A DNA stretch of 64,000 nt, taken from contig JAXGQX010000007.1 in NCBI GenBank assembly GCA_040766225.1, forward strand, positions 10,446 through 74,445. The letters are read 5' to 3'. The notes under the pieces were generated by a model. It was not told where the DNA came from. It saw only the letters and a list, made by a program, of their open reading frames with translations, and did no database searches. Shown in pieces: positions 63,284-64,000 of the stretch. The position numbers were made by a program, and so were the translations under genes. This stretch comes from Bacillota bacterium (GTDB lineage: Bacteria > Bacillota > Sulfobacillia > Fermentithermobacillales > Fermentithermobacillaceae). Within the stretch, counting starts at the first letter, position 1; the number at the start of each line of letters is the position of its first letter.

Positions 63284-64000
63284 TTTGTCAACTCCTTCAC
63301 GAAAGCCTCGTCGCAGTTGGCGATGAACTTGGCCAGGAGCCGGCCTGCTTTCTCCACGTCTCCCACAGACAAGGTCTCGACCGAAGTGTGCATGTACCGG
63401 AGCGGGATAGATATCAGCCCGGTAGCTACGCCTTCGCCGGCCATCTGCATGGCCCAGGCGTCGGTGCCGGTTGGACCCGGCGCTACCTCGGTTTGGATGG
63501 AGATGCCTAACTCATCGGCTGCCTTCTTCAAGCCAAGAAACACCTTGGGATGGATGTTGCCGCCCGTAGCTATAGCGGGACCCTTACCCAACTGGGCTGT
63601 CCTCCATTCGGGTACTCCCGGGGTCTCAGCGTGGCATACGTCAATAGCGATGCCGATTTGGGGCTCGATCCCGTATGTAGATACAGCCGCGCCCCGCATG
63701 CCCACTTCTTCCTGGGTGGTGGCGACTCCGTAGACATCGCATTGGACCTTATACTTCTGGAGTTCTTCCAGACAGACCAGGATCACTCCGACTCCGGCCC
63801 TGTCGTCCATTGACTTGCCCGACAGGACATCGCCCATAAGCTCGGTTACTTGGCGCTTGTAGGTAACCACGTCTCCCACTCTGACCAGCTTCCTGACCTC
63901 TTCCTCCGGCAGTCCGAGGTCGATAAACAGATCATCCATCTTTTGCGCCTTCATGGCGTTCTCGGGAGCTATCAAATGCGGAGGCTTTACGCCGACAAGA
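63274..64000 (-). CDS. M42-family metallopeptidase (paralog 1 of 3), 5'-partial at window edge
   Basis: 'GKSMDDRAGVGV', 'ATTQEEVGMRGA' and 'PLRYMHTS'. The frame stays open upstream of the first Met to position 64000. Confidence 0.85.
   Translation of the reverse strand, partial: LVGVKPPHLIAPENAMKAQKMDDLFIDLGLPEEEVRKLVRVGDVVTYKRQVTELMGDVLSGKSMDDRAGVGVILVCLEELQKYKVQCDVYGVATTQEEVGMRGAAVSTYGIEPQIGIAIDVCHAETPGVPEWRTAQLGKGPAIATGGNIHPKVFLGLKKAADELGISIQTEVAPGPTGTDAWAMQMAGEGVATGLISIPLRYMHTSVETLSVGDVEKAGRLLAKFIANCDEAFVKELTKWN

Overview
This 64-kb window looks like chromosome from an anaerobic, Clostridia-type Firmicute of about 55% GC; that assignment is inferred from gene content only. About 60 genes are present, mostly on the minus strand. 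No rRNA, tRNA, CRISPR array or intact mobile element was seen.

Gene blocks, left to right:
1. **Redox supercluster (559-13329, minus).** It runs from a sensory-type [FeFe]-hydrogenase/kinase fusion through DRTGG, NuoE-like, a kinase-like ATPase, a 2Fe-2S ferredoxin, a NuoF::GltD fusion and HydA. A strong terminator follows, then a Cys-type formate dehydrogenase FdhA and a MobA-FdhD fusion.
2. **hcp, a tandem-DUF1538 membrane protein with a tandem P-II-like protein, and a Na/Pi cotransporter.**
3. **A small, lower-GC islet of decayed genes (20268-21659).**
4. **Housekeeping genes:** rlmD-murB-gatBAC-ligA-pcrA.
5. **A divergent XPB-type helicase with its Helicase_C_3 partner.**
6. **Cell-shape and division genes:** rseC-like, rodA, minEDC, mrdA, mreDCB, radC, maf, DUF4321.
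7. **An rnfCDEAB operon with no rnfG.**
8. **rpoN, an HprK-like P-loop/Asp23 fusion and a TPR protein.**
9. **An Rrf2-nifS-iscU operon.**
10. **An SH3b/amidase cell-wall gene and a polysaccharide deacetylase.**
11. **pmbA-tldD and three tandem M42 peptidases.**

**Main caveat.** At least 12 genes, including essential ones (gatA, nifS), are broken by 1-nt indels. These occur in short bursts, and the ones resolved in detail are mostly single-base changes in short mononucleotide runs. Sequencing or assembly error is therefore more likely than real pseudogenisation.

**Most interesting biology:** the FDH/hydrogenase/NuoF::GltD architecture, the MobA-FdhD fusion lacking the canonical Cys loop, the DUF1538/P-II pair, the rnfG-less rnf operon, and the rpoN-linked P-loop/Asp23 protein.
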